From: Paludibacter sp.
GTDB lineage: Bacteria; Bacteroidota; Bacteroidia; Bacteroidales; Paludibacteraceae
Direction: 5' to 3'
DNA: 64,000 nt
Assembly: GCA_037134195.1 (NCBI GenBank)
Contig: JBAXMR010000008.1
Span: 1,141 to 65,140, forward strand
Part shown: in pieces, positions 27,283-36,640 of the stretch
Position numbering within the stretch: the first letter of the stretch is position 1
How the letters are laid out: every line of letters begins with the position of its first letter
Notes under the pieces: generated by a model
Seen by the model: the letters and a program-made list of their open reading frames with translations, nothing else
The model's database searches: none
What the model was told of the DNA's origin: nothing
Translations under genes and position numbers: made by a program

Positions 27283-28500
27283 TTACTTTTTAATCTTAAT
27301 ACAAAAAACATCGCGTGATGGAATTGTAATTTTAATTGGTTTATTAGTTTTTCCCGAATTTTTACTCACCCATACATCTTGATATTTATAAACTATTTTA
27401 CCTGTAGTATCAATTTTTCTTCCCGATAGACTGTCCGTAATATTCACCGTTTTCCAATCTATAGTCACTGCTTTTGGCTGTAAACTACGGTTTAAGACAC
27501 AATATGCCCATTCGTCGTTTAACAAGGGTTTAAGCCATGTTTCAACGCTGTCTGTCGATTGATATTTAAAGCCCTGAATGCCCAATGAATCCTGATCAAT
27601 CGCCAACAACTCTTTGTTTGTCAATATATTTAGTGTTTCGACAGTCATATTTCGTAAATCATTGCCGGCTATAAGTGGAGATGCCAACATACACCACATA
27701 GTAAAATGTGCCCGTTGTTCGTTCAGTGGCATTCCGTTTCCAACTTCCAGCATATCCATATCGTTCCAGTGGTTGGGGCCGGAATACTTTCTCAATCCAT
27801 CCTGCATATCCAAAATTTGCAGAACACCGTAAGTGCGAAACTTTCCGCCGTGATCATCCAAACAATCGAAACAGTTTGTTATGTCTCCTGTTGTGCGCCA
27901 AAGTTGAGCCAGATCTTTTGCCCATGTCCAGGGTTTATTTTTGCCCCATTCACAAATACTCAGAATCATAGGTCTGCCTGCCTGTTTAATCGCTTCGCTC
28001 ATGGTTTGATATGCTCCATTGGCATTTAAGTTTTGAGTGTTACACCAATCTAGTTTCAGAAAATCAACGCCCCATTTCGCATACATCAAAGCATCCTGAT
28101 ATTCATATCCTCTACTACTGGCTCTACCGGCACAGGTTCTGCTACCTGCGCAAGAGTACAGACCAAATTTAAGTCCTTTTGAGTGAACATAATCGGCAAG
28201 TGCTTTCATGCCGGATGGAAATTTCACTTTATCCGAAGTAATAAAACCAAGACTATCACGCTCACCCTGCCAACAGTCATCAATATTTATATAGTTATAT
28301 CCTGCATCTTTCATCCCTGAAGACACCATGGCATCTGCTATTTCACGCACGGTTTGTTCGTCTATTTTACATTCAAATTTATTCCAACTATTCCAGCCCA
28401 TTGGTGGAGTAGGAGCTAAATTGCTGAATTTTTGGGCATTTGCATACGGAGTAAAGAAAACCGATAAAGAAAATAGAAAAACGAATTGAAGAGTTTTCAT
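27283..28500 (-). CDS. Glycoside hydrolase family 27 alpha-galactosidase-like
   Basis: 405 aa with a signal peptide. Typical GH27 sequence: PPMGWNSWNKF..YNYINIDDCWQ..LKFGLY..DFLKLDWC. Confidence 0.85.
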   Translation of the reverse strand: MKTLQFVFLFSLSVFFTPYANAQKFSNLAPTPPMGWNSWNKFECKIDEQTVREIADAMVSSGMKDAGYNYINIDDCWQGERDSLGFITSDKVKFPSGMKALADYVHSKGLKFGLYSCAGSRTCAGRASSRGYEYQDALMYAKWGVDFLKLDWCNTQNLNANGAYQTMSEAIKQAGRPMILSICEWGKNKPWTWAKDLAQLWRTTGDITNCFDCLDDHGGKFRTYGVLQILDMQDGLRKYSGPNHWNDMDMLEVGNGMPLNEQRAHFTMWCMLASPLIAGNDLRNMTVETLNILTNKELLAIDQDSLGIQGFKYQSTDSVETWLKPLLNDEWAYCVLNRSLQPKAVTIDWKTVNITDSLSGRKIDTTGKIVYKYQDVWVSKNSGKTNKPIKITIPSRDVFCIKIKK

Positions 28501-28611
28501 GATTAAATTATATATTTTTGTTGTTCAAATTATCTGTTCGAAAGAGGGAACTGGAAGTCCTGCTGTATTATAAAGGTAACCTTCTGTTTTCGGAAAATCG
28601 AAAAAAGCATA

Positions 28612-31600
28612 TTATAAAATATTGACAATGGTTGATTTTCCGTTTGTTACATTGACAAAAAGCATTTGACCATCTAAATTAATATTAATCGTTTTTGTCA
28701 CACCGTCAGGAGATGCAACAGCTATTTGTTTTGTTTTTTCTGAAATCATTAAAACGCATGGTTGTGATACCATAATTTTATGTCCAGATTGAACTTCCAA
28801 CATACCTGCTTTGTAAAAAATGACACCCAATGTCCCTGTTATTTTATCTTCAACAGCTTGCAGCAATTCGGTATTAGATAAAATACTTACACCACCATTC
28901 TGCATATTCTGATAAGCCTGATGATAGTCAATACCAGGAATAATTATATAACCATAACTGCTGTTTTCGGGATGATTTCCGTGATTAATACTGAGTGAAA
29001 AAACATCAGCCTTTACAATTGAATTGCTCTGATTAACATCGATTTTATTCCAATTACCTTCCTGAGTTTGATTCGAACAATTGATTTTTTGTGAAAAAGG
29101 AAAAAGGTAAGCGATGCTATCATGATAAATCATTTTTGCACCACTTAAATGATGAATACCTGTATTCATTTTTTTTTCAGTACCATACTCATCTACAACT
29201 TTTACTGAACCATTTAGCAGGCATTGATTGAGAGTGGTATTAACTTCTCCACTATTTTTGTCAGTAATACCCGAACCCAAACAAATAATTTTATTGCCCA
29301 TAAAGAACCAGGATTTTTTAGCATTTAAGGTAAGTACTTTCAATTCCATGCATGCAATGCCACTTAATCCGTCCGAAACTCCACCAACAAAAGTTGTACG
29401 GCCTAATCTTGAAACCCTTAACTTATTTCGACCAAATCCTTCCTCTTCCGGGTTGATTGATGGAAACCATCCCGAATCGACCAATTCATCCAACGTCGAA
29501 TTATCTAAAGAACTTGAGTTTACAGTTGTTCCCGGAACTTTTGTCCAGTCCCAAACCGGGAAGATATTCTCATACTCGTTGCCTCTCACAATGATGTAAT
29601 TCGTACCTTCCCCAAGATGATGTCCCAACCGATTTTGCCCGTTGCAAACTTCCGTATTGAGCGTACGGTTCGACGACATACGAACTGAAGAATAATAGTT
29701 TGTTCTACTATGTGTCATGAAATCACTCATATAAAACATTTTGTTACCAACTAAAGCAGGGGCTTTCCCGAGAAACCGCTGACTAACAGCAGCTAATTCA
29801 TTCGAGCGTGATGTTCCCAACGTTTGCAGGTAGTGAGCACCAAGTGTCATATAATTAAATTCTTCTCTGGGACTTGCTGTTAGCATTACAGATTTTACAT
29901 TTTCCTTTGGAGTTACAATTGATCTTCCCATTGCTGAGTAATCCAAAAATTGACCTCTTGCCATCCAAACACAACCATCCAAAAGAAAATTGGAAATGAA
30001 GTCAACAGCTTGTGGTTTAACTTTAATTCCAACCTCATTTGCATAATATAATAATCGACTGGCCTCACCTATCAGAAGTGATCCATAGCCATGATTGAAA
30101 AGAAGATTCCCATGTTCCCACTCGCTGAAATCTTCTTTAATACCTGAACCAATTGGAGGAGTAATTTTGCTTTCTTCATAAATCATACTATTAAACATTC
30201 TGCTAACCAATTCATTATCATCCACCATTAAACCGTAGTACAATGCAGCACGGCAGTCAAAAATCAAATTACCTCCGGTTCTCCATTTACGCTTATCTTT
30301 CAGATCACATCTGGAAAGTATTTTTCGACATTTTTCCATTTGTTCTGCATCCAGTTCATCACGCATACAAAGCAATACAGGTCCAAGATTGTAAGCAGGC
30401 ATTCCAATGGATTGATACCACCAGTTAGGATTTTGAAAATCATTGTTTAACCAATAATCAATAGCAGCAATAATTTTTTTCTTCAATTTAGCATCTCTAT
30501 AAAGAGGCGCCCCTGGTAATGAATAGGCTACAACAAGATCGTGTAAATGATCGCTGAAATGTAGAACTGCAGGCCAGTTTTGTCTTGGTGTTGATTTATA
30601 ATCAACATCCGGCCACGAACCATCTTCACGTTGCTCAGACATTAAGCTGCGTATGTGGTCAATATTGAAAAATGCCTTGTTTGATGGATATGCATCGAAG
30701 AATTTATTTTGTGAATCTGCCAACCAGTTAGTGGTAAAAGAAGGCGAATTCAACCAATCCTGAATCACTACTTTCCGAATCTTTTGCATAGTATCAGATG
30801 TAAGTATGCCATCTGTTGAAGAATTATCAGGATGTGCTTTCAGATATTTGTAAATTTCGCTTCCTGCCAGCAGAAAAGCACCAACTCCATATACTTCTGT
30901 TGACTCAGCTGTAACTTTATCCGGGGCACCGCCAATGGGTTGTACCCAGCCAAGTTTGCCATCAGGAAGTACATTCCCAGTCAAAGCCAACCAGGATTTT
31001 TCCACCATTGGCCAATATATTTTTGAATCTAATATTCCCTGATTGATACCCCATGCAAGACCATAACAGAAAAAAGCTGAACCACTTGTTTCCCCATGAG
31101 GTATTTGCAATGAATCAAGCAAACTTGGACGCCACAAACCATCGTTTTGCCGGGTTTTGACAACGGCTGCTGTCATTTCTTTATACAATTGAACATAGCG
31201 TGATCGGCCGGGATAATCGGAAGGCAAATAATTAAGCACTCTTGTAATGCCGGCATAAACCCATCCATTTCCTCTTCCCCAGAAAATCTTTTTATTGTTT
31301 GGAGTTCGTTGATTGAAAAATCGACTATCACGGTAAAACAGCCCTTCTTCTTTATCATATAAATACGCAGTTGTTGTCCACCATTCTTTATCTAAAAACT
31401 CCAGATATCGTTTATCTTTTGTAACCGCATATAAACCTGCCCAAACTGGTGGCGCCATAAATAATGCATCACACCATGCCCAACGGCTTGACCAGTTTTC
31501 AAATTCGGATGATTTTTCAAATTCTGACGTTGAAGATTTTATCGAGGGCCATTCCAGATTACGGGTTTTGGGATGAGTCAATATACTGTCGAATTGCTTT

Positions 31601-31998
31601 TTGGTGGGATTGATTATATCATTATTTTTGGTTATTTGATATAGCTCAATATAGGTTTGACAAACGGTATGGTCATCGGCAAAATAAGATCGTGGTCCCG
31701 GTTTCCAATTGTTTTTCTGACCCATTTCCAACATTGCATTCAGGTACTTTTTATTCTCCGATGTCTTGTAAAGTGACATAATACCGGTGTAAAGCGCACC
31801 TTGTGTCCATTCAGTTGATCCATGCTCTTTCAATTGACTTGGATTGGCTAATTGCCAATCGGCGACTTTTTCACAGATTGACTTTACTGAATTAACGTTC
31901 AATTTTTCATTGTTTATGGCAGCATAAAGATTTGAATAATTGATAGTTGTTATTGCCAATAAAATGAATACTACTGATTTTCTACTCAAGTTTTGCAT
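28612..31998 (-). CDS. Fusion of GH88/GH105-type unsaturated uronyl hydrolase (N-terminal) and PL8-type polysaccharide lyase (C-terminal)
   Basis: 1128 aa. The first ~390 aa are GH88/105-like: WAWCDALFMAPPVWA, GRGNGWVYAG, ETSGSAFFCYGL. The remainder is PL8-like: NWWYQSIGMP, FNHGYGSL, NGQNRLGHHLGEG..GNEYENIFPVWDWTKVPGTT. Confidence 0.75.
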   Translation of the reverse strand: MQNLSRKSVVFILLAITTINYSNLYAAINNEKLNVNSVKSICEKVADWQLANPSQLKEHGSTEWTQGALYTGIMSLYKTSENKKYLNAMLEMGQKNNWKPGPRSYFADDHTVCQTYIELYQITKNNDIINPTKKQFDSILTHPKTRNLEWPSIKSSTSEFEKSSEFENWSSRWAWCDALFMAPPVWAGLYAVTKDKRYLEFLDKEWWTTTAYLYDKEEGLFYRDSRFFNQRTPNNKKIFWGRGNGWVYAGITRVLNYLPSDYPGRSRYVQLYKEMTAAVVKTRQNDGLWRPSLLDSLQIPHGETSGSAFFCYGLAWGINQGILDSKIYWPMVEKSWLALTGNVLPDGKLGWVQPIGGAPDKVTAESTEVYGVGAFLLAGSEIYKYLKAHPDNSSTDGILTSDTMQKIRKVVIQDWLNSPSFTTNWLADSQNKFFDAYPSNKAFFNIDHIRSLMSEQREDGSWPDVDYKSTPRQNWPAVLHFSDHLHDLVVAYSLPGAPLYRDAKLKKKIIAAIDYWLNNDFQNPNWWYQSIGMPAYNLGPVLLCMRDELDAEQMEKCRKILSRCDLKDKRKWRTGGNLIFDCRAALYYGLMVDDNELVSRMFNSMIYEESKITPPIGSGIKEDFSEWEHGNLLFNHGYGSLLIGEASRLLYYANEVGIKVKPQAVDFISNFLLDGCVWMARGQFLDYSAMGRSIVTPKENVKSVMLTASPREEFNYMTLGAHYLQTLGTSRSNELAAVSQRFLGKAPALVGNKMFYMSDFMTHSRTNYYSSVRMSSNRTLNTEVCNGQNRLGHHLGEGTNYIIVRGNEYENIFPVWDWTKVPGTTVNSSSLDNSTLDELVDSGWFPSINPEEEGFGRNKLRVSRLGRTTFVGGVSDGLSGIACMELKVLTLNAKKSWFFMGNKIICLGSGITDKNSGEVNTTLNQCLLNGSVKVVDEYGTEKKMNTGIHHLSGAKMIYHDSIAYLFPFSQKINCSNQTQEGNWNKIDVNQSNSIVKADVFSLSINHGNHPENSSYGYIIIPGIDYHQAYQNMQNGGVSILSNTELLQAVEDKITGTLGVIFYKAGMLEVQSGHKIMVSQPCVLMISEKTKQIAVASPDGVTKTININLDGQMLFVNVTNGKSTIVNIL

Positions 31999-32012
31999 AT
32001 AAGATGGATTAT

Positions 32013-33692
32013 TTAAAAATCTGACTTTATATTCTCACAATTAATCACCATCGCATTCGTTGAGTTTTGAACGTTCTGGATGGATATAGCAGGTTTTGTG
32101 ATTTTATTTCCGGTGATATTTCCATTTTTTGTTGACGCCACATAAATTACAGGAGAGAAACAATTTGTGAATTCGTTGTTTGTAATATTGATATTGTTGT
32201 GTAATCCTGCCGGAGCCGTTTCACCGTCGAAACCTTCACCGGTAATTTGAATTGCTTTATCCTGTTTATTATCAAGAATAATGTTATTACTTACTTCAAT
32301 ATTATCAGAACAGCCCGATTCGAGCCACCATGCTTCAGGCGAAATTAACACTGATGTCATCCAGTTGCCCTGAAGCGTATTTCCAATTACACTGCCGTTA
32401 CTTGCTTTTATAAGTATTCCTCTTGAACGATTGTACGAAAAATTGCAATTTTTCACCAGAAATCCATTGCCCATTTTATTTACATCAGCAATTACAGTTC
32501 CAAAACCAAATGTAAGTTCTTTATCTACAATGAGTTTTAAAATTTTATTTTGAGGGTTGGACAATCTGCGTTTGTTGTTCTCATTTTGCTTTAAATTAAG
32601 AACGGCTTCAATTTCTTTGTTCGATATAAGTCCGTCATCCTCAATTTTCAATATTTTTGCAACAGGCATTCTTTTTCCATCCATAGTGAGTATTTCGAGT
32701 GAAGTACCTATTGATAAGTCACAAGTTTGAGGAACAATCAACCGAATCACATTTCCAACAGCGCCAGTAGAGAGATAGTATTTACCACAAATGTTGACAC
32801 CATCATCGCCCTGAAATCTGGCCGAGCATTCAATTATTTGGGGTCCAATTGTTGCAAATTTGCTGTGAAACGCGTCTGCATCATTGGAACGTATTCGTTT
32901 ACTACGAACATACATATCTGTTTCAGGTGGACGACGGTCAATAACGCATTTCAGATAGGTGTTTTTTGTTCCATTCGTTTCAAAAAAACCAAAGCAATTG
33001 CCCGAATAAAGGGTAATATTCTCTAACCAGAGATTCACACATTCGTCACTAAAAACAGCATGGAGTTTATTCCCATGTGGTGTAAAGTCGTTATTTGTTA
33101 CTAAAATATCGCCCACTTCCTCTGTATCAATTGTGGGTTTAAACTTATATTTATTGCCTTTGGTAACCCGATAGCTTCTTTCGGCAATCTTTTCAAATTT
33201 AGTCCAACCATAATGGCTCGACCGTTTCAACAGATTTGTTTTTGCATCAAAAATTTCGATACGTTCCACTAAATTGTCGGGGTAATTATCGTCTAATTTA
33301 AATTCAATAATCGATTTATCAGCAGATAGTTTGGTAATTTTGCCCTGAGAGAAACACAAGGGGTCGTAATCAATCACAAGACCTCTTATAGTTACGTTTG
33401 TGCATTTTTCAAACGTTATAGCCCGTGTAGTTTCCGTACAAATCATTTCCACGTTGTTCGCGACTATGGTAATGTCTTTGAGATTTTTAAAACTTAAATG
33501 TTCACTATTCTGTGGCTTTACACGATAAGTGCCTTCAGGAACAATAATTGTTTTTTTACCCGAAGAAATTTCTTTGTCAATGAAGCCCTGTAAATCAAAG
33601 TCTCTTCCTTTATTCGGCATTCCGGATAAAGAGAATGAACTAAAGGTCAGAATAACTACCAAATAGATATGTATTATTGACTTGTTTTTCAT
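32013..33692 (-). CDS. GH110-like beta-helix enzyme, PUL-internal copy without T9SS CTD
   Basis: 559 aa with a signal peptide. Motifs are IDYDPLCFSQG, DADAFHSK-x17-GDDGVNICG, YNRSRGILIKASNG and SPEAWWLESGCSDNIEVSNN. It ends without a sorting domain. Confidence 0.75.
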   Translation of the reverse strand: MKNKSIIHIYLVVILTFSSFSLSGMPNKGRDFDLQGFIDKEISSGKKTIIVPEGTYRVKPQNSEHLSFKNLKDITIVANNVEMICTETTRAITFEKCTNVTIRGLVIDYDPLCFSQGKITKLSADKSIIEFKLDDNYPDNLVERIEIFDAKTNLLKRSSHYGWTKFEKIAERSYRVTKGNKYKFKPTIDTEEVGDILVTNNDFTPHGNKLHAVFSDECVNLWLENITLYSGNCFGFFETNGTKNTYLKCVIDRRPPETDMYVRSKRIRSNDADAFHSKFATIGPQIIECSARFQGDDGVNICGKYYLSTGAVGNVIRLIVPQTCDLSIGTSLEILTMDGKRMPVAKILKIEDDGLISNKEIEAVLNLKQNENNKRRLSNPQNKILKLIVDKELTFGFGTVIADVNKMGNGFLVKNCNFSYNRSRGILIKASNGSVIGNTLQGNWMTSVLISPEAWWLESGCSDNIEVSNNIILDNKQDKAIQITGEGFDGETAPAGLHNNINITNNEFTNCFSPVIYVASTKNGNITGNKITKPAISIQNVQNSTNAMVINCENIKSDF

Positions 33693-33703
33693 GTTTTATG
33701 AGT

Positions 33704-35296
33704 TTATTCATTTAATTCATAATCAGTTTTCAAAACCCAACCTGTTGATTCCCAAGGATTTTTCAACTTTCCACTGACAACATTTTCCCAAAAATTCCAG
33801 GCTTCTTTTTCCCTGTCGTTGTATGGATAGTTGTCGAAAACATCTCCATTTCCAAGCATTCGCGGATCTTTCTGCAACTTTAGTTGAGCAAACAATTCTG
33901 TTTTTAGCTCATTCATTTTATTTTTGAACTGTTCATTCGATGCCAAATTATGAATACAAAATTTATCGTTGGTCAAATCGTAAAGTTCATCTTGCGTTCG
34001 AATGCCAAAACTTAAATTCCAGAAAGTTGAATCAATTTTTTGTCGCCTCATGTTCAGAATAACGCTTTTAGTAGGTGAACCATCGCAATCTAAATAACCG
34101 GTTTCCGGATTTCCTGCCGGATAGAGATTTGGCTTTAAATTACAAATATAAAGTAAATTATCTTTGATTATTGACCGAATAGGATAACCCTGATTTTGAG
34201 GTCTGCCATAATCATCCCGTTCACGACCAGAAATTGTAAAGTTTCTTTTTGCTTCAACTTTTCCTTCTTTATCTGATTTAAAAATAGGTGTAAGGGAATT
34301 TCCTGCAGGAGTTTCCAATCCCGATTCTTTTACAGACTGACCACTCACATCGAGGAAAGTTGGAGTAAAATCAACAAAATTGATATAATCCGTCACAGTA
34401 CGTCCGGGGTTTAAAATACCTTTTTTCCACATGATAGCCAATGGCATATGTGCAGAGTATTCATAATTATTGGCTTTTGAACGAGGAAACGGCATTCCAT
34501 TATCGGAAGTGATAATTATAATCGTATTATCAAGTATTTCACGCTTTTCCAATTCATTCATCAATCGCCCTATTTGGGAATCAAAATACTCAATTTCAAA
34601 ACCATAATCGAGCATATCGGTACGAACAGAATCATTGTCAGGCCAAAACGAAGGAAATTCGTCAATCATTTTCTTTGTTTTCCTACCAATCGTTTCTCCG
34701 GAACCATATTCGTAGTTGCGGTGTGGCTCTCTTGAACCAAACCAAAAAAACCATGGTTTTTCTCCATTATTGTGATTCAAGAAATCTGAAAAATTGGCAG
34801 CATAATCATTAATGTCTATTCCGGTTGTAGGTGGAAGTAGCGTTTTGCTTTGATAGGATTTCCCAGTTAATTCACGCGGTTTACCAGCAGGATTTTTCCC
34901 CGGATTGCCCGGCGCCCAACCTTTTCCGGTATATGCCACATCGTATCCACTTTCTTCTAAAGCTTCTGTAACTACCTTTAAATCTGCAGGGAAGTTACAA
35001 TTATGATTTCCTGCCTCGCGCGATTGCCAGGAATAAAGACCCGTTAATATACTTGCTCTTGAAGGTGCCGACTTTGGATTTGCCGTATAGCAATTTGAAA
35101 ATAAAATACCCTGTTTTGCCACATTGTCAAAAACAGGAGTGTTTACCCATCTACAACCATTGGCACTAAAATGATAGTAAGATGCATCATCAGCCAGACA
35201 AAACAATATATTTGGTCTGGCTGATTTGGCATTGCCTGCTTGAGAAACAAAAAGTTCTGTTAGAGCTAAAGCAGTAATTGATAGTTTGAAATTCAT
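33704..35296 (-). CDS. Sulfatase (S1 family), Ser-type active-site motif
   Basis: 530 aa. Sequence ..LFCLADDAS..NPKSAPSRASILTG.. contains a formylglycine motif that reads S-A-P-S-R. Confidence 0.85.
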   Translation of the reverse strand: MNFKLSITALALTELFVSQAGNAKSARPNILFCLADDASYYHFSANGCRWVNTPVFDNVAKQGILFSNCYTANPKSAPSRASILTGLYSWQSREAGNHNCNFPADLKVVTEALEESGYDVAYTGKGWAPGNPGKNPAGKPRELTGKSYQSKTLLPPTTGIDINDYAANFSDFLNHNNGEKPWFFWFGSREPHRNYEYGSGETIGRKTKKMIDEFPSFWPDNDSVRTDMLDYGFEIEYFDSQIGRLMNELEKREILDNTIIIITSDNGMPFPRSKANNYEYSAHMPLAIMWKKGILNPGRTVTDYINFVDFTPTFLDVSGQSVKESGLETPAGNSLTPIFKSDKEGKVEAKRNFTISGRERDDYGRPQNQGYPIRSIIKDNLLYICNLKPNLYPAGNPETGYLDCDGSPTKSVILNMRRQKIDSTFWNLSFGIRTQDELYDLTNDKFCIHNLASNEQFKNKMNELKTELFAQLKLQKDPRMLGNGDVFDNYPYNDREKEAWNFWENVVSGKLKNPWESTGWVLKTDYELNE

Positions 35297-35312
35297 TTAG
35301 TTGGGCTCGTTA

Positions 35313-36605
35313 TTATCTAAACAAGAACACCGAATTAATTTTTACTTCTGATTTTGCGGTATTATTAACTACAAAACCGATGGTAACTGTTTGAGCAGAT
35401 TTGAGTTCAAAATTAATCTGATTTGTCGATAATAAAATATCGGTATTCCAGTGATAGCTTGCCAATACATTCTGATTGTTTGGAATAGTTTCAATATTCG
35501 GTATTTCAGTTCCTAAGGCAGCAACAAAATAGCAATCATTTGTTCCCTTAAATCCTGCATTTACGAAGCCTGCTTTATAAATACCTTTTGGTAAAACAAA
35601 TGTACGATAGATTTTTGCATTAACCAATGCCAATGTTGAAAAGAAATCCATTACCGGAACGGCATCAGCATAATATCCTCCATAACCACTTGATGATTGT
35701 ACATTTGAAGTACAACTCCAGTCTTTTAAATTACCCGTTTTTACAGCCCGGTTATCACTTCTGTAAAATGGATTCCCAGGATTTGGGAAATAAGTAGTTG
35801 TAACATTTTTCCAAAGATGAACTATGCTATCAAGCACCACAGTATTACCTGTAACTCCCAGCACTGAAAGTTTTAAGTTGTAAATTCCTAAACTATCGTA
35901 TTTATGAGCCGGAGGTGTTTTATCGGTTGATACTGCAGAACCATCCCCAAAATCCCATTTGTAGCTCACTCCAAACAAAGACGTATTTGTGAAAATAGCT
36001 TTTGTTGAATCTGAGGGATCCACCGTGTAGCTGAAATTAGCTTTTGGGAAAATAAAATTTGTATTAATCACCACAACAGCAGTGCTTAAAAGTGCGTTTG
36101 ATTTGGAATCATTGCTGGAGATTGTTACACCCAAAACATAACGCTTACCCGGATTTGCTAATAGAAAAGGTACATCTATAGCCAATTGCATATCAGCACA
36201 TTCCACCCCATTTTTAAGCTGAATTGATGTTGGTAACGTGTATTTATCAACTGGTAATATTAAATCTGAGGTCAACAAACTGCCTGCTGTTATTAATTTG
36301 TTTACAGTATCATTATTGAGAGCAATATTCACTGTAATATCGCCTTTATTTGAGATACCATAACGGTATACTCCAATTGGAACAATAATTTTGTTATTCA
36401 CATTGTCCATTACGTAACGAAACGGAGCATTCACTGCAGCCACATTATCAATGGTATATATACCTGATTTTGCCGCAGGAATATAAACGCCCTGATCAGG
36501 ATAAACTGCATCGGCAATAGCCTGATACTGACATGATACAAATGTGATGGCAAGTATAGGCAATGCCAGCAAATACTTTATGCTATTTTTAATTCTTCTT
36601 TTCAT
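35313..36605 (-). CDS. Surface lipoprotein in SusE/F position: DUF1735-like N-terminus, PKD domain, unknown C-terminal domain
   Basis: 430 aa with a lipobox (..ITFVSCQ). The PKD-like segment reads ANFSYTVDPSD..YKWDFGDGS..HKYDSLGIYNLKLSV. Confidence 0.65.
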   Translation of the reverse strand: MKRRIKNSIKYLLALPILAITFVSCQYQAIADAVYPDQGVYIPAAKSGIYTIDNVAAVNAPFRYVMDNVNNKIIVPIGVYRYGISNKGDITVNIALNNDTVNKLITAGSLLTSDLILPVDKYTLPTSIQLKNGVECADMQLAIDVPFLLANPGKRYVLGVTISSNDSKSNALLSTAVVVINTNFIFPKANFSYTVDPSDSTKAIFTNTSLFGVSYKWDFGDGSAVSTDKTPPAHKYDSLGIYNLKLSVLGVTGNTVVLDSIVHLWKNVTTTYFPNPGNPFYRSDNRAVKTGNLKDWSCTSNVQSSSGYGGYYADAVPVMDFFSTLALVNAKIYRTFVLPKGIYKAGFVNAGFKGTNDCYFVAALGTEIPNIETIPNNQNVLASYHWNTDILLSTNQINFELKSAQTVTIGFVVNNTAKSEVKINSVFLFR

Positions 36606-36640
36606 AATACTTTAATTTTGAAATATTTAATTACAAAAAA

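Noticed and set aside
27252-27311. The 20-codon N-terminal extension of the GH2 ORF (MFFVLRLKSKNSFIINGQFV).
   Set aside because: It overlaps the 3-prime end of the upstream GH27 gene. The internal Met is followed by a proper signal peptide.
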